A stretch of DNA of 64,000 nt from Paraspadella gotoi (lineage: Eukaryota; Animalia; Chaetognatha). The position numbers and the translations under genes are program-made. This document shows, in pieces, positions 1 through 12,499 of this stretch. Each line of letters opens with the position of its first letter. Position 1 is the stretch's first letter. The stretch lies in the NCBI GenBank assembly GCA_051294375.1, contig CM119267.1, forward strand, positions 11,237,865-11,301,864. The letters run 5' to 3'. The notes below the pieces were generated by a model. The model saw only the letters and a program-made list of their open reading frames with translations, was not told the DNA's origin and made no database searches.

Positions 1-1039
1 AGAAAAACTGACTTCAAATTTTTTTTTTATCAGCCTTCTGAATCTAGACCCTGAGTCTATCGACGTCGAGTTGGGGGGGCCTCTGGAAATTCTTCCCCGA
101 TTTTTTTTCTTCTCAAAACTCGAAGAAAACGATGCAAGTTGGGCGTTTCTCCTTCAACGCCATCTTTTCTCATCTCTCGCATCTTTCCCCGACAAACCCA
201 GGGGCCCATTTTGTTGTCGTCGTCGTTGTCGTTGCCAGTCGCAAGTTCTGCTTTGCGATGGTTTCCGGATCTTTCAAAAATGTGTGGCCCCCCAAAACAG
301 GAAACCAAGAATCCATGTAAAGTGCGTCGAAAATAAAAAACTCACGGTCTTTACGACTAACTCATATTAAGATGACATCCTGACTCCGAGCTAAAGAATC
401 TAATTCATTGTAAAATAAAAATAATTGTAAATTCATTATAAAAATTATATTTTCGTTATCAATGGAAGATCGATGAAATATAATAAGCGATAAGACGGAA
501 CAAAAATGAGTCAATCGGTGAGACTTGTGAAAGTGTCATCGCAGTGACAATGATTCGGTCGATGACAATGAAGCGCTGATTAATCATAACGGGGAGAGGG
601 AGGGTGAGAGANNNNNNNNNNNNNNNNNNNNNNNNNNNNNNNNNNNNNNNNNNNNNNNNNNNNNNNNNNNNNNNNNNNNNNNNNNNNNNNNNNNNNNNNN
701 NNNNNNNNNNNNNNNNNNNNNNNNNNNNNNNNNNNNNNNNNNNNNNNNNNNNNNNNNNNNNNNNNNNNNNNNNNAAAAAAAACTTTTTAGAAGGCAAGGA
801 CTCATGAGTTGATCTACGATAACAATCAAAAACTCTGTAGACAAATCGATTCTCTTTAACAATAATATTTTATGGTTTTTTAAAATGTATTATCATGTAA
901 GAGGAGGGCTACTTCTTATTTTGGGACAAAACTCGACATTTTTGTCTTAATGAGTCACAACGGGGGAGTCGACGGGAGATCAGGATCTCTCTTTTCTTTC
1001 TTTATCTCTCTTTTTTTTGGGTAAANNNNNNNNNNTCCT

Positions 1040-3105
1040 TCACATTCGCGCGTCGTTCGCTCGGATCAACTCGTTGAGAAACTTGTTCCGGTAGACGTTC
1101 CTGCCAGCCCGACCCTCATAGGCTTTGTATAGAAGAAACGACGCCGGTAGCGCCGGATCGCGAGAAAGCGCGCCGGCGGATTCGTCGATCGGCTTCAGAG
1201 GCGCCGCAGTCGCCGCAGCCGTCGCCGGAGAATCGGCGGAGCCACGATCGATCCTCAGCAGCAGCTCCCCCGCGGGTCGGTCCGTGGCGCGGCAGGAGAG
1301 TTTGTCTAGTCTCTTATTCTTCGGCGTCGACGCCTTTTGACGCGGCTTCGACGTCGTCGACGTTTCGCCGTCGACGACGCCGTCGCAAGACGACGACCTC
1401 GACTTCTTGTCGCGGCCCCGTCGCTTTCCCCGACGTCCTCCGCCGCCGCACCGCGGCGCCCGCGCGACCGGTAACTCCCCGGGGCCCAGCAGCTGACCCT
1501 GGAAGCGTACCTCCTCCTTGACGCGTTCCAAGGCCGTCTCCAGCTCGATCATGGTGGAGACGGCGTTCTTGTGGAGGAGGTTGCGTTCGATCTTCGCCAG
1601 TTCCGATCGGTAGTTGGGCTCCTCGGGGGAGAAGGAGGCGGCGGGAGCGGCGGCGTCGCTTTGACGCCGGACGTACGTCGGCGGCGTCAGTGAACCACGG
1701 GCGGCGTTGAAGGGAACTTCGTAGCCGGGGAGAATGTGAAGGGGCGTCGCCGTCGGCGGAAGGACGGAAGGGACGGACGTGGGGTCGGAAGCGGGGATAA
1801 AAGTGGGGACGGGGATGGACGGGGACGACGAAGGGAAAGACGGAGACTGACGTCGCCCTTGACAAACGCGAGTCGAATCGGAGTCAAGTTTATCACAGAA
1901 TCGAGGGTCGTTTTGAGAGAGTTGTTGTCGTTGTTGTTGTTGTTGTTGTAATCTCGAACGGGATTGGGGTTGAGGAAGACGAGACTGGTGTTGGGGTTGG
2001 GCTTGTGATTGGGCTTCAGTTTGCAAGATAGATGCGTGTCGAGCGTCAGACAAAGGACATTGTGGCGAATGGCGCGGTGACGTCCTCGGCGAGGGGGCCT
2101 TGTCTAGTCGCGGGGAGACGCGAGACTCTGCGACGTCGATGGATAATCGAGGATCTTGAGACGTCGCCGCCGCCGTCATTCCCGGCGACGCCGACTTTGC
2201 GCGGACGTAACGTCCCGACGCCGCGTCGGCGCCGGATTTGAGATGCAGCCCTCTCAAAGCTTCCAGCGTCTGTATGTCCAGCAGCAGCGCCGGATCCCGC
2301 GGCCCGCCGCCGCCGCTGGACACCAGCAGCTCCTTCGGCAGCTGCCCGTACGAGTTGGATCTCTGCGATTCGTCGAGGCGTCGGGCTGCGACGGCTGCTG
2401 CGGCGTCGTCGGCGCTCAAATCGAAGGCCACTCTCTTCTCGACGACACGTTTGTGGCCAAGGAGATGCAGCAGCTGGTGAGAGTTTTGCGGGAGAGAGTC
2501 TGAGGCGAGGAATTCTTGATAGCGCGGAGTGACAGGGGTGGCGAGGTTGACGGCGTGGTTGGCGGCCCCGGCGACGCGAGACTTGGAGTTAAGTCCCTCG
2601 CGAATCTCTTCGTAGATGTGCGTCGACGAAGCGGTTGACGAGGCAGAGGCGGTCGGGCGGAGCGGCTTCTTCTGCCGAGAGGCGTCGTCCGATGCGATGA
2701 AGGAGGTGGAGGTGTGAGTGGGAAGTCGAGGGGTGGCGAGGTGGATTAGGTGGGCGGGATGGTGAAAATTCGGATGGGCAGATTTGTCGTGATAAAACGG
2801 AGGAAGAAGATCGAGCGCCGGAGGTGGACGGGGCGACGAGACGGCGCCGCTGCCAATGCCGAAATCGACGACGCCGTTGTCGCGAAGTGCGAGCTCGGCG
2901 TCGTTGGCGCCAACGCGAGGAAAGTCGCGCAGTTCGAGTCCGTCCTGGGAGCGAGAACGNNNNNNNNNNCGTCCTGGGAGCGTGAACGAGGCTGGGCTTT
3001 GACGGCGCCGTTTTTGTGGCCGCCGCCGCCAGCGCCGCTCGCGTGACTGCGGACCCAACCGAAGACCTTCTCCATCTTGGCGTTGAGAATTCCAGCGGCG
3101 GACAT
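1040..3105 (-). CDS. Long single-exon ORF (~678 aa after collapsing a false gap); low-complexity Ser/Pro/Ala/Gln-rich protein of unknown function
   Basis: Stop-free GC-rich frame from 2959 to TGA at 1040. The 10-N gap (2960-2969) is flanked by the same 19-mer (cgtcctgggagcg[a/t]gaacg at 2941 and 2970). Removing 29 nt joins MSAAGILNAKMEKVFGWVRSH...RSRSQD to GLELRDF... in frame. The frame stays open upstream to the gap at 3180, so the N-terminus may be longer. Contains polyQ, a HIYEEI motif and a basic RRGKRRGRDKK patch; no domain recognised. Confidence 0.8.
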
Positions 3106-4223
3106 GACGAGGGAATTGGAGGAAGAAGTGGAGATTGTCTTCGGAGAATCGGAGAGTGGTGGCGCGGGAAAGTGGCGCGNNNNNNNNNNNNNNNNNNNNN
3201 NNNNNNNNNNNNNNNNNNNNNNNNNNNNNNNNNNNNNNNNNNNNNNNNNNNNNNNNNNNNNNNNNNNNNNNNNNNNNNNNNNNNNNNNNNNNNNNNNNNN
3301 NNNNNNNNNNNNNNNNNNNNNNNNNNNNNNNNNNNNNNNNNNNNNNNNNNNNNNNNNNNNNNNNNNNNNNNNNNNNNNNNNNNNNNNNNNNNNNNNNNNN
3401 NNNNNNNNNNNNNNNNNNNNNNNNNNNNNNNNNNNNNNNNNNNNNNNNNNNNNNNNNNNNNNNNNNNNNNNNNNNNNNNNNNNNNNNNNNNNNNNNNNNN
3501 NNNNNNNNNNNNNNNNNNNNNNNNNNNNNNNNNNNNNNNNNNNNNNNNNNNNNNNNNNNNNNNNNNNNNNNNNNNNNNNNNNNNNNNNNNNNNNNNNNNN
3601 NNNNNNNNNNNNNNNNNNNNNNNNNNNNNNNNNNNNNNNNNNNNNNNNNNNNNNNNNNNNNNNNNNNNNNNNNNNNNNNNNNNNNNNNNNNNNNNNNNNN
3701 NNNNNNNNNNNNNNNNNNNNNNNNNNNNNNNNNNNNNNNNNNNNNNNNNNNNNNNNNNNNNNNNNNNNNNNNNNNNNNNNNNNNNNNNNNNNNNNNNNNN
3801 NNNNNNNNNNNNNNNNNNNNNNNNNNNNNNNNNNNNNNNNNNNNNNNNNNNNNNNNNNNNNNNNNNNNNNNNNNNNNNNNNNNNNNNNNNNNNNNNNNNN
3901 NNNNNNNNNNNNNNNNNNNNNNNNNNNNNNNNNNNNNNNNNNNNNNNNNNNNNNNNNNNNNNNNNNNNNNNNNNNNNNNNNNNNNNNNNNNNNNNNNNNN
4001 NNNNNNNNNNNNNNNNNNNNNNNNNNNNNNNNNNNNNNNNNNNNNNNNNNNNNNNNNNNNNNNNNNNNNNNNNNNNNNNNNNNNNNNNNNNNNNNNNNNN
4101 NNNNNNNNNNNNNNNNNNNNGCGGTGGGAGAGAGAGTTCACTTTGTTTCTTTCAGTCTTGAAAATTTCTCTCCTTCGCCCGTTGTGACTGAGAGAAGAGA
4201 GAGAGAGAGAAGAGAGAGAGAGC

Positions 4224-4254
<31 letters not shown>

Positions 4255-5192
4255 GAGAGAGGAGAGAGAGAGAGAGATGAGAGAAGAGAGAGGACATGAA
4301 CGGTGTCGTGTTTGCTCTTCTCCCCTCCTACGAACGAGCTGTGTTAGGAAAAAAGAGAAGCGAAATAAAAACATTCAATTATGTGACATGTTTGACGAGA
4401 GAAATTCGAAGCGAGTCTCCGAGAGGCAATCGCGTTTCTCTCACCAGGAATGCCATCGACTCGATCTCTCCCCCTCAACTCTCTCATTTGCCTCCTCTTG
4501 ATTCAAATCTCTCTCTCTCTCTCTCTCTCCTCCTCTCTCTCTCTCTTCCTCTCTCTCTCCTTCACCGAATGAGAGTTCATCATGTTTTTATGAGAGCTAT
4601 TAAAAAAGGTAAGTTTCCTTTTTTGTCGTCGTTGTCAAGGAGACGAACGCGAGTTGGATGAATTTTTGCGTCGCTAGAGGAGAAAAAAAAATTGTTTTCT
4701 GTTTTGCGAAGGAATTTTTTTTTTCTTCTTATAAGTTGAGATTCGAGAGAAGCGATGGAAGGGAATGAAAACTCTCGGAGCGAGAGAGAGAGAGTGGAGA
4801 GAGAGAGAGAGAGAGAGAGAAAATTGGCGACGACGAGAAAGACGACGAGCCGAGCGACGTTGAATCGACGACGACGGCGACGCTGAAACGACGGGGACGA
4901 CGACGAAAGGATCGTAGAGTGGAGAGAGGATCTCGGGTGTTCTTCTCTACGAGAGGAGAGAAGAGGAAGAGGATCAGGATGAGTCGGAAAGATGAGAAGG
5001 ATGAGGAGGTGGGAGGGGGGCGGAAGAGAAGGAAGAAGAAAAACGGAGAGAAGAGAGAGAGGGAAGAGGAGAGAGAAAGAGGCAAAAGTCTTTGGCTTTT
5101 ACTCTCTGATTCGAGGAGATGGGAGAAAAAAAATAGGGAGAAGGGGATTTTGACGGTAGTGAGACAAAAGGAAAAGAGAAAGGCTCGCGCGT

Positions 5193-5241
<49 letters not shown>

Positions 5242-6309
5242 AGACATGTGAATCATCGGTGACGGCGCCGACGCGATTCGGTTTTTCGTTGGACAGAAAA
5301 TGGATAATAAACGGTAAAGCGGGCGGACCACCATCGTCGAGAGACGTCGAAGCCGTCGGAGTTGACATCGAAATAACTGGATAGTGTATGGATTTTTAAA
5401 GAGATAAAAAGGAATTTAAGTACTATTTTTTTTTTTAAGCGAAGGGGGGGCCGTGTTTCGGAGGAATATCATTTCTTGTTTTTGGGTGTCATACAGAGAT
5501 GAGATGTCAATACGGAGATGGGGGTGAACTCAAGTTGAATTAAAATGGCGGACTGTGTGACGATGCAGGTGGTGATGGGAATTTTCGTTAAATGTTGGCT
5601 GTTGTTGTATTCACTGCTTTGGAATAAAGGGTTTATTAATTTTCGGCCTTTAAGTTATCTTCGTCGTTACCTATTTTGTCGATCAGAGTCATTGGGTGTC
5701 GTTTTTGACGAATCGAAAGTGGGTGTACGAGTTGGCAATAATCATTGTGCAAGAATTAAAACGACTCGGGAGTCAGTTTTTGCAAGGCTGTCAAAGGAGA
5801 AAAATTTAAAAAAAAAAACGTGAAAAAACTGGAAAGATAGAAAGGAGAGAACAACGGAAAAAAACTAAAAAAAAACTAAAGACAGAAAGAGAACGCGAGA
5901 ACGGAAAAAAAAAGAAAGAAAGACAGAAAAGAAAGATCTCCAGCCAGACGGACGCCAACGCGATAAAGAGTCGGACAAAAGAATCGAGGCAAAAATCGAA
6001 TTTCATCCTGTCTTCCCACCTAAATTTTTCATGGTGGCGCGAAATATTGAAATCGATCCCTAATCGATGCGATCGAAGCGACGCCTCCAGGAATTTTCAT
6101 TTTTTGTTGGTGAGATCGAAAAACAAAAGACTGCGGATGTTTTCGTTGGAAATGAAAAGTTTGTCGAAAATAAAAGAGAGAAGGAAATAGCGAATCGGGG
6201 GAGAATTTATTATAAGATAGAAGGTTAAAAAACAAACGTCATAACAGATGAAAGATGTGAAGTTAAAAGAATAAAAAGCAGAACAATGAAAGACTGAGCA
6301 AGGTGGAGA

Positions 6310-6400
<91 letters not shown>

Positions 6401-8313
6401 TAAATTCCTTTTCTCTTTTGTTGGGCGATGATAAAATTTAATTTATTCGGACGTTTTCGTGTTTTATCACAGACGAGCGGACGACGATGACGACGACGAC
6501 GACGACGACGCCGTGGACGATGACACAATCGGCAGAGCTCAACCGATGACTTCGATTTTTACGGCGCTCCCCCTTTTCTTTTTTTTATCCTTCTTCAATC
6601 TTCATCTCTCGGCGTCTCTGTCTCTCGATCGCGGAAAAATTCGAATGCAAATTGAATTTTTTTTTGTGCTGAGAGGAGGAGGACTACATGAGACCGGAGG
6701 CGAAGGCATTGAGAATAGAAGGAGATTAAAATTTAGGCGTCTGGTTCGAATTAAGACTCAGAACCAAGTTGGAAATGAATAATTTACATGCGTAAGTAGT
6801 TTTGAGAAGCAGAATAAACAAAATAAATGTAACAGGAGGGCAAAAAAAAGGAAGATAAATTGAATCAAAGTACGATAGAGTAAAAAGGAAGGAAAGGAAA
6901 AAAGAAGGAAAAATAAAATTTGAAAAACAAAAATCTGCTGCTGGGTGCCGCGTAGAAATTACAAAATTTTGCAAACTGCCCATTTTAGTCTCACGTGAGC
7001 AACAAGAAAAAGTGATTTATGATAATGATTATGAATTCTACTATAATACGCGATGAACTCTGGAAAATACCGCGTGAAAATTCCTAATATTCCATAGCAA
7101 ATAAACCAGGTATTCAGGTATGCAGCGATTCGCAAGTATATAACTCCAGCGGAGAACTTTTAATCCTTTCTTAAATTGTTCTTCTCAAAAATATTAAATT
7201 TCTTTCTTCCATCGATTTTAAAAAGACGCCCGATTGTTTCTTACTGCTTCGGGCGAAAACAGAACGTTAAAAGGTCAAACGAGAAATTAAATATATTAAT
7301 CATTTTGATGCCCGAATTATATTTCGATCCCACGGGGGACCTATTATTTTTGAAAATTACTTTTTTTAAGATTCAAAATCGGTTTTTAAATAGTTAGTTT
7401 GAGATTTTTTTTTTGTCGAGTGGGGATCGTTAATTGAATTTAATCGAGTGTATGTAGCTGGAAAAGGACAGAAGTAGGGCGATTTAGATAATTTTTTTTT
7501 CAACGAAAATGTAATTGCAAGCATAGAATTTAGAACAAGACTAATGGTACTTACATTAAAAATATGAATTGAAGTATGTATTAAACTAAAGGAATAGTTT
7601 AACAAATCCTCGACGACTGCGATCACTATGACACCAATCAACGGTAAAGTGTGGCAATTAACCAACCTGAAACGAAACCCCTAAAATTTTAAAAGTGTAT
7701 TCTACGGTCTTCGAAGTTCCTCTTGAGGTGCGCCAAGATGATGATGATGATATTAAAGCTTTTATGCCCGAGCTTTTAGGGTAATATTCTTTAAAACTAT
7801 ACTTTGACGGTATTCGCTTTAAAAACTGACCCTGCCTCACGAGCGGTCTTAGGGCGGTAGAACTATATAAAATACGTTTAGAATACTACATAGAGTATGC
7901 CTAGGAAACTACTCGACTTGCAGTAATGGTTTCGATTTTCCTGCCGCACGAGCGGGCCGAGAGTACTCGGGGGAAATGCGTCTACGAAAGAAAGTTTCTG
8001 CGGCGCAACATCTCAAACTTACCGGTTATTGTTTGAATGTCTGCAGCACATTATATGTTCGCAGGAGTAGTGAGAGAGTGAGAGAAGGTGAGAAAGAGTG
8101 CGAGAGAAAGTTTATTTTTTCCCTTATTCGTAATTCGTGAGAATTTCAATTTCGTTTCGTACTGAGAAGAACAAAAAAAAGCAGGAAAAGTGAATTCCAA
8201 TCTGAAAAAAAAAAGTACTTTAAACCTTCGAAAAAAATACCGACATTCTTTTCGGAAAGGTGTTTCGTCTTTCATACAAATGGACAGAAATGGAGAGAGA
8301 GAGAGAAAGGAAA

Positions 8314-8352
<39 letters not shown>

Positions 8353-8705
8353 GAGACAGAGAGAGAGGGAGAGAGAATGTTATGGTCTCCTCCTAACCGG
8401 GTCTGGCGACGCAAGGTCGGTTGCAAATTTTACCAGCGATAAATATTTTTCAATCCGTCTAATTTTTCAAACAGAAAGGCAACATACACGCGGTATGCGT
8501 AGACGACGACGATTATCAAACAAAAAAAAAAAAATTTTTCCATTCTTTTCTCAATAACTTGGTCGGTTTGGTCCGCAGATAATCCCGGGTTCAATGCTCC
8601 CTTCTTATATAACCCCAAAGGTAAAACTATTCGCCAACGAATAAGGAGAAAAGAAAAACACTGATGAGGCGGTTTATTCACACCGCCTCACGTACATTAT
8701 CGTTC

Positions 8706-9046
8706 AGCCAAAGCCAAATCCAAACCCAAAGCCAAAGGCAACAGTGAGATGCCCCATCCCGATGGGCATCACAGACAACCCGGCTGTTGTCATAGTGAGT
8801 CTTTTAAAAATAACCGTACGATTGTGGATAAGGCGCTAAGTGGGCTGAAGATGACTATCCGTAACTTCTATAACCCCCTTTATTAGGCCATTGAACGGGT
8901 CCTGGGCTTGGAGACAGGCTTGAGGGTTGCCACGCCCCAAGGCGGCTTACGGCCGTCCTCACGCTTCCCACAGGGTAGGTACCGTTGATTGAACCCGGTA
9001 CCTAGTGGTCTAGAGCTGATGGCTTTACTCAATGAGCCACCGGGTC
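8706..9046 (-). mobile_element. tRNA-derived SINE, copy 1 (~340 bp)
   Basis: Minus strand starts GACCCGGTGGCTCATTGAGT (A-box-like), followed by GGTACCGGGTTCAATC (B-box-like). 3' end has hairpins GACAAC-N6-GTTGTC and GATGCCC-N9-GGGCATC and a (TTTGGN)n tail. Confidence 0.7.
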
Positions 9047-10255
9047 AGGACTGAAGTGACAGTGCTTATAGGCGGGTGTGAACCTAGGCGAATGCCCGAC
9101 TACACGATGATCAAACGCGAGTGCTATTTTGTTTCGCGAGACAGATTGGGCAACGACAACGACGACGCGACCGGCGTCGAAATTGATTAAAGTCCCTTTT
9201 GCCTTTCAGTTGTCCAGATGCGTCGAACTAAAGGGGGGGGGGAGGGGGGAGGGGGGAGGCAAGGAAGTTTGGGTCGAATGGATGGATGAAGGGGAGGGAG
9301 TTGAGGGTTTTGATTGGCTATTAGGATGAGGAGTGAGGATGAGGAGTGAGGAGTGAAAAGTGAGGAGGAAGAAGGTTTTCAAAGGATCTGAATCTGTTAA
9401 CCCAAAACTCTTAGTCACTCGGGTCATCATGAATTTTCTTTGAAAATTACGTTTTTTTATTGCGCGGTGAATGACCTGCCTGTTTTTAATTTCATACTGA
9501 TTGCTTTTCGCGTTTTGACTGATCAGCTTCTTATTCTAGATGAGAATCACCAGGTTGAACGAGTAGCTCGAGTTGAATCGAAAAATTAAGACTGCAACGA
9601 CGACGACCACAACGACGATGACCAGGGTGCGTCATTTCTCTACCTGATTTTTCTCTAATCGATTCTGTCAGCGTAAATCATCTCGCAAACTTCATAACGA
9701 ACTCGGACGTGCGATGGAGAACGACGGTTGTCTCAAGCGAACGAAGGGGATCTTTGTGAACGAACGCGATCTCCACTGAACGAAAGAGATCAGGCCAAAA
9801 AACAAAAGCTGTAGCAAACTGTAGCAAGCTGCGAAAGAAATGAATAAATGTTAATTTTTGTCAAGACCCAAATACTCAAAACCTTTATTTTAGACATCGT
9901 GGTGGATCTAAGGCGACACACAAATCGGTCAAGAGCGGACAAGAGGCCGAAATCTCAGAAGATCTTTTCGAACGAAAGCGATCTAGGGCGAACTGTGGCG
10001 ATCGAAACCAAATCCTTAGAAATGGTGACCGGAGATTCACGAAGATTCACAGAGATTCACGTTAATCAAAGTTGATCGTCTCGTCGATCACAAATCGAGA
10101 TTCGTCAGAGACGAGAGTCTCACGGATTTTCTCGTAAATTCTCTTCGCCTCACTCCATCCTTTTCTTCTCATTATTTTTCCGTGGCATCTCTCTCTCTCT
10201 CTCTCTCTCTNNNNNNNNNNNNNNNNNNNNNNNNNTCTCTTCTCTCCTCTCCCTC

Positions 10256-10429
10256 TCCTTATTTTTGGCGTATCTTCGCTTTTACAGTTATCTGTGACTC
10301 TACTTTTTTTCTCATGGACCTCTCCTCTCTCTCTCTCTCTCTCTCCTCTCTCGTCTCTCTCTCCTCTCTCTCCTTATTTTTGGCCGTTATCTTTGCTTTA
10401 CAGAATCTTGACTCTACTTTTTCTCATGA

Positions 10430-10479
<50 letters not shown>

Positions 10480-10539
10480 TCCTCCTTTTTTTGGCCCGTA
10501 TCTTTGCTTTACAGTATTTGACTTCTACTTTTTCTCATG

Positions 10540-10593
<54 letters not shown>

Positions 10594-10662
10594 ACTCTCT
10601 CTCTCTCTCCTTATTTTGGGCGTATCTTTGCTTTACAGTATCTTGACTCTACTTTTTTCTCA

Positions 10663-10712
<50 letters not shown>

Positions 10713-10761
10713 TTTTTTGCGTATCTTCGCTTTACAGTATTGACTCTACTTTTCTCATGAC

Positions 10762-10792
<31 letters not shown>

Positions 10793-10961
10793 CCTCTTCC
10801 TTTTTTTGGCGTATATCTTTGCTTTACAGTATTCTTGACTCTACTTTTTCTCATGACCTCTCTCTCTCTCTCTCTCTCTCCTCTCTCTTTCACTCTCTCT
10901 CTCTCCCTTATTTTTGGCGTATCTTCGTTTACAGTATCTTGCTCTACTTTTTCTTATGACC
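10256..10961 (+). repeat. Minisatellite: 7 copies of a ~55-bp conserved unit separated by variable (CT)n tracts
   Basis: Unit CCTTATTTTTGGCGTATCTTTGCTTTACAGTATCTTGACTCTACTTTTTCTCATGACC begins near 10256, 10372, 10484, 10609, 10710, 10799 and 10906. Confidence 0.9.
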
Positions 10962-12499
10962 TCTCGTCTCGGACCGGTTTTTTTTAATTTTTCTCTGTTC
11001 CACTTGGCTGTCCTTTGCTTTTAAAATTTTCTTCTCGTAACAAGTTCAGTTTTTATCTAAACTTTCTTACTGATTTTCACCGAATGGTTGACATAAAATA
11101 TAAATTGCAAAAGAGAGTGAGATAGAGTGTTATATATAGAATGTAAGAGAGACAATGTTAGAGACTGACAGTCTATCGAAATTACTTTTAATAAATGACC
11201 ACGAAGGGAACAATCCTCTACACTTTCTATCCCAGTTGAATCCCTTCTTGTTCTTTCTCATGCGGGTGCTCCTTCATTATGGAGACTTTCTATAGTATAA
11301 GGCCAAAGTAAACAAAAGCTAAACAATTGAAATATTCGGGGGTTAACAGTTCGGGAAGTGAAAAAAAAAACAATGCGAAATAACGTTCAACGCGAAAGCA
11401 ACTGCATTCCAAAACAATAACCTATTTCCTAAACTTTGTTTCGTCAAAAATTTATAATCTCTCGACTTTGATAGAACTAGATCAATAAATAAAATTCATG
11501 AAAAGTAAACATTCAACATTCGCCGGAAATAACTCTCGAAAATTCTATTTGAAAACCTTCAAAAATTCCTCTTTATTTATATTTTTTTTAATTCACGTTT
11601 CTATTATTCCTGTTTTTTCTCTCTCTCTCTTTCTATTTTTGCCCTTGAGATCAGGGTATTAGGCTGGAGGCATATCGTTGTACTTTTCTTTATCTCATCG
11701 ATCGAACAACAAAAAAAGTTGTAAAAATACATAGGTTTGTTTAATTTATAATATTTTTTAAAAATAATATGTGATCTTCACGATAGGCAAATCGGGCTAA
11801 ATAGTCGGATTATTTTTTTTGGCGTAGAGATACACCGATTCACTCATTAAGTTATAAATTTCACTTTCATCGGTTAAAAAAAAAATCCATCCCAACACCA
11901 AAGCGTGCATATAAAAAATTGACACAATCAGCATTCATTATTTGCGGGTAATCATTTTGCTACTCATTGTTATTAAGTTACGAAGAAAAAATTTGAAAAG
12001 GTTTTTATAGATTAGGAATTTAAAAAAGTAGAATAGTGATAGTTTTAGCGACTAGACTAGACTTTTTGCAATTGCAAATAAAAAAAAAAATTTACCCCCA
12101 AAAAAAAGGTATTTTTTCAAACCTCGCAGTCAGGAAGCGACATCTTGAGTAGCTCGAAGCCCCTTTAAATCCATTCAATTGCCAAACTCTTCGCGAGTTT
12201 TGTGTCACGCTAAAATAATAAAAAGGTAAATAATGTGTAGATTTTTGTTAAACAGCTGTTTGTTTTCGTTCATGGCTGATTAATTTCATAATTTAGTTTC
12301 TTGTATTATGATCCTTTCATTTCGTTGTGTTTCAGATTTAATGAAATAGTTCAAATGCGATTCATCACAATTAATTTATATTTTATTAGAAATTTATTTT
12401 CATTAAAGCTTGAAATAAAAAGCATGTCTGTTCTAATGAAAATACAAAAATTCGTTTTTGAAATCAACTATTTTCATTAAATTTCTTTCTTATATAGTT

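Larger units (their letters stand above)
8682..11652 (+). repeat. ~3-kb direct duplication, copy A (copy B 24624-27403)
   Basis: Collinear, near-identical sequence (SINE, unique DNA, minisatellite array, flank); differences are mostly 1-nt indels. Confidence 0.9.

Noticed and set aside
3180-4501. Long ORFs of 350-1085 aa in the ORF track
   Set aside because: They run through N-gaps and (AG)n repeats; the same applies to the many SLSL/ERER ORFs elsewhere.
8661-8692. Hammerhead ribozyme (CTGATGA followed by a GGCGGT/ACCGCC stem)
   Set aside because: The stem is followed by TCACG, not GAAA, and the motif is absent from duplicate copy B.
10256-10961. CRISPR array
   Set aside because: The spacers are (CT)n microsatellite rather than unique sequence, the unit is ~55 bp, there are no cas genes and the context is eukaryotic.
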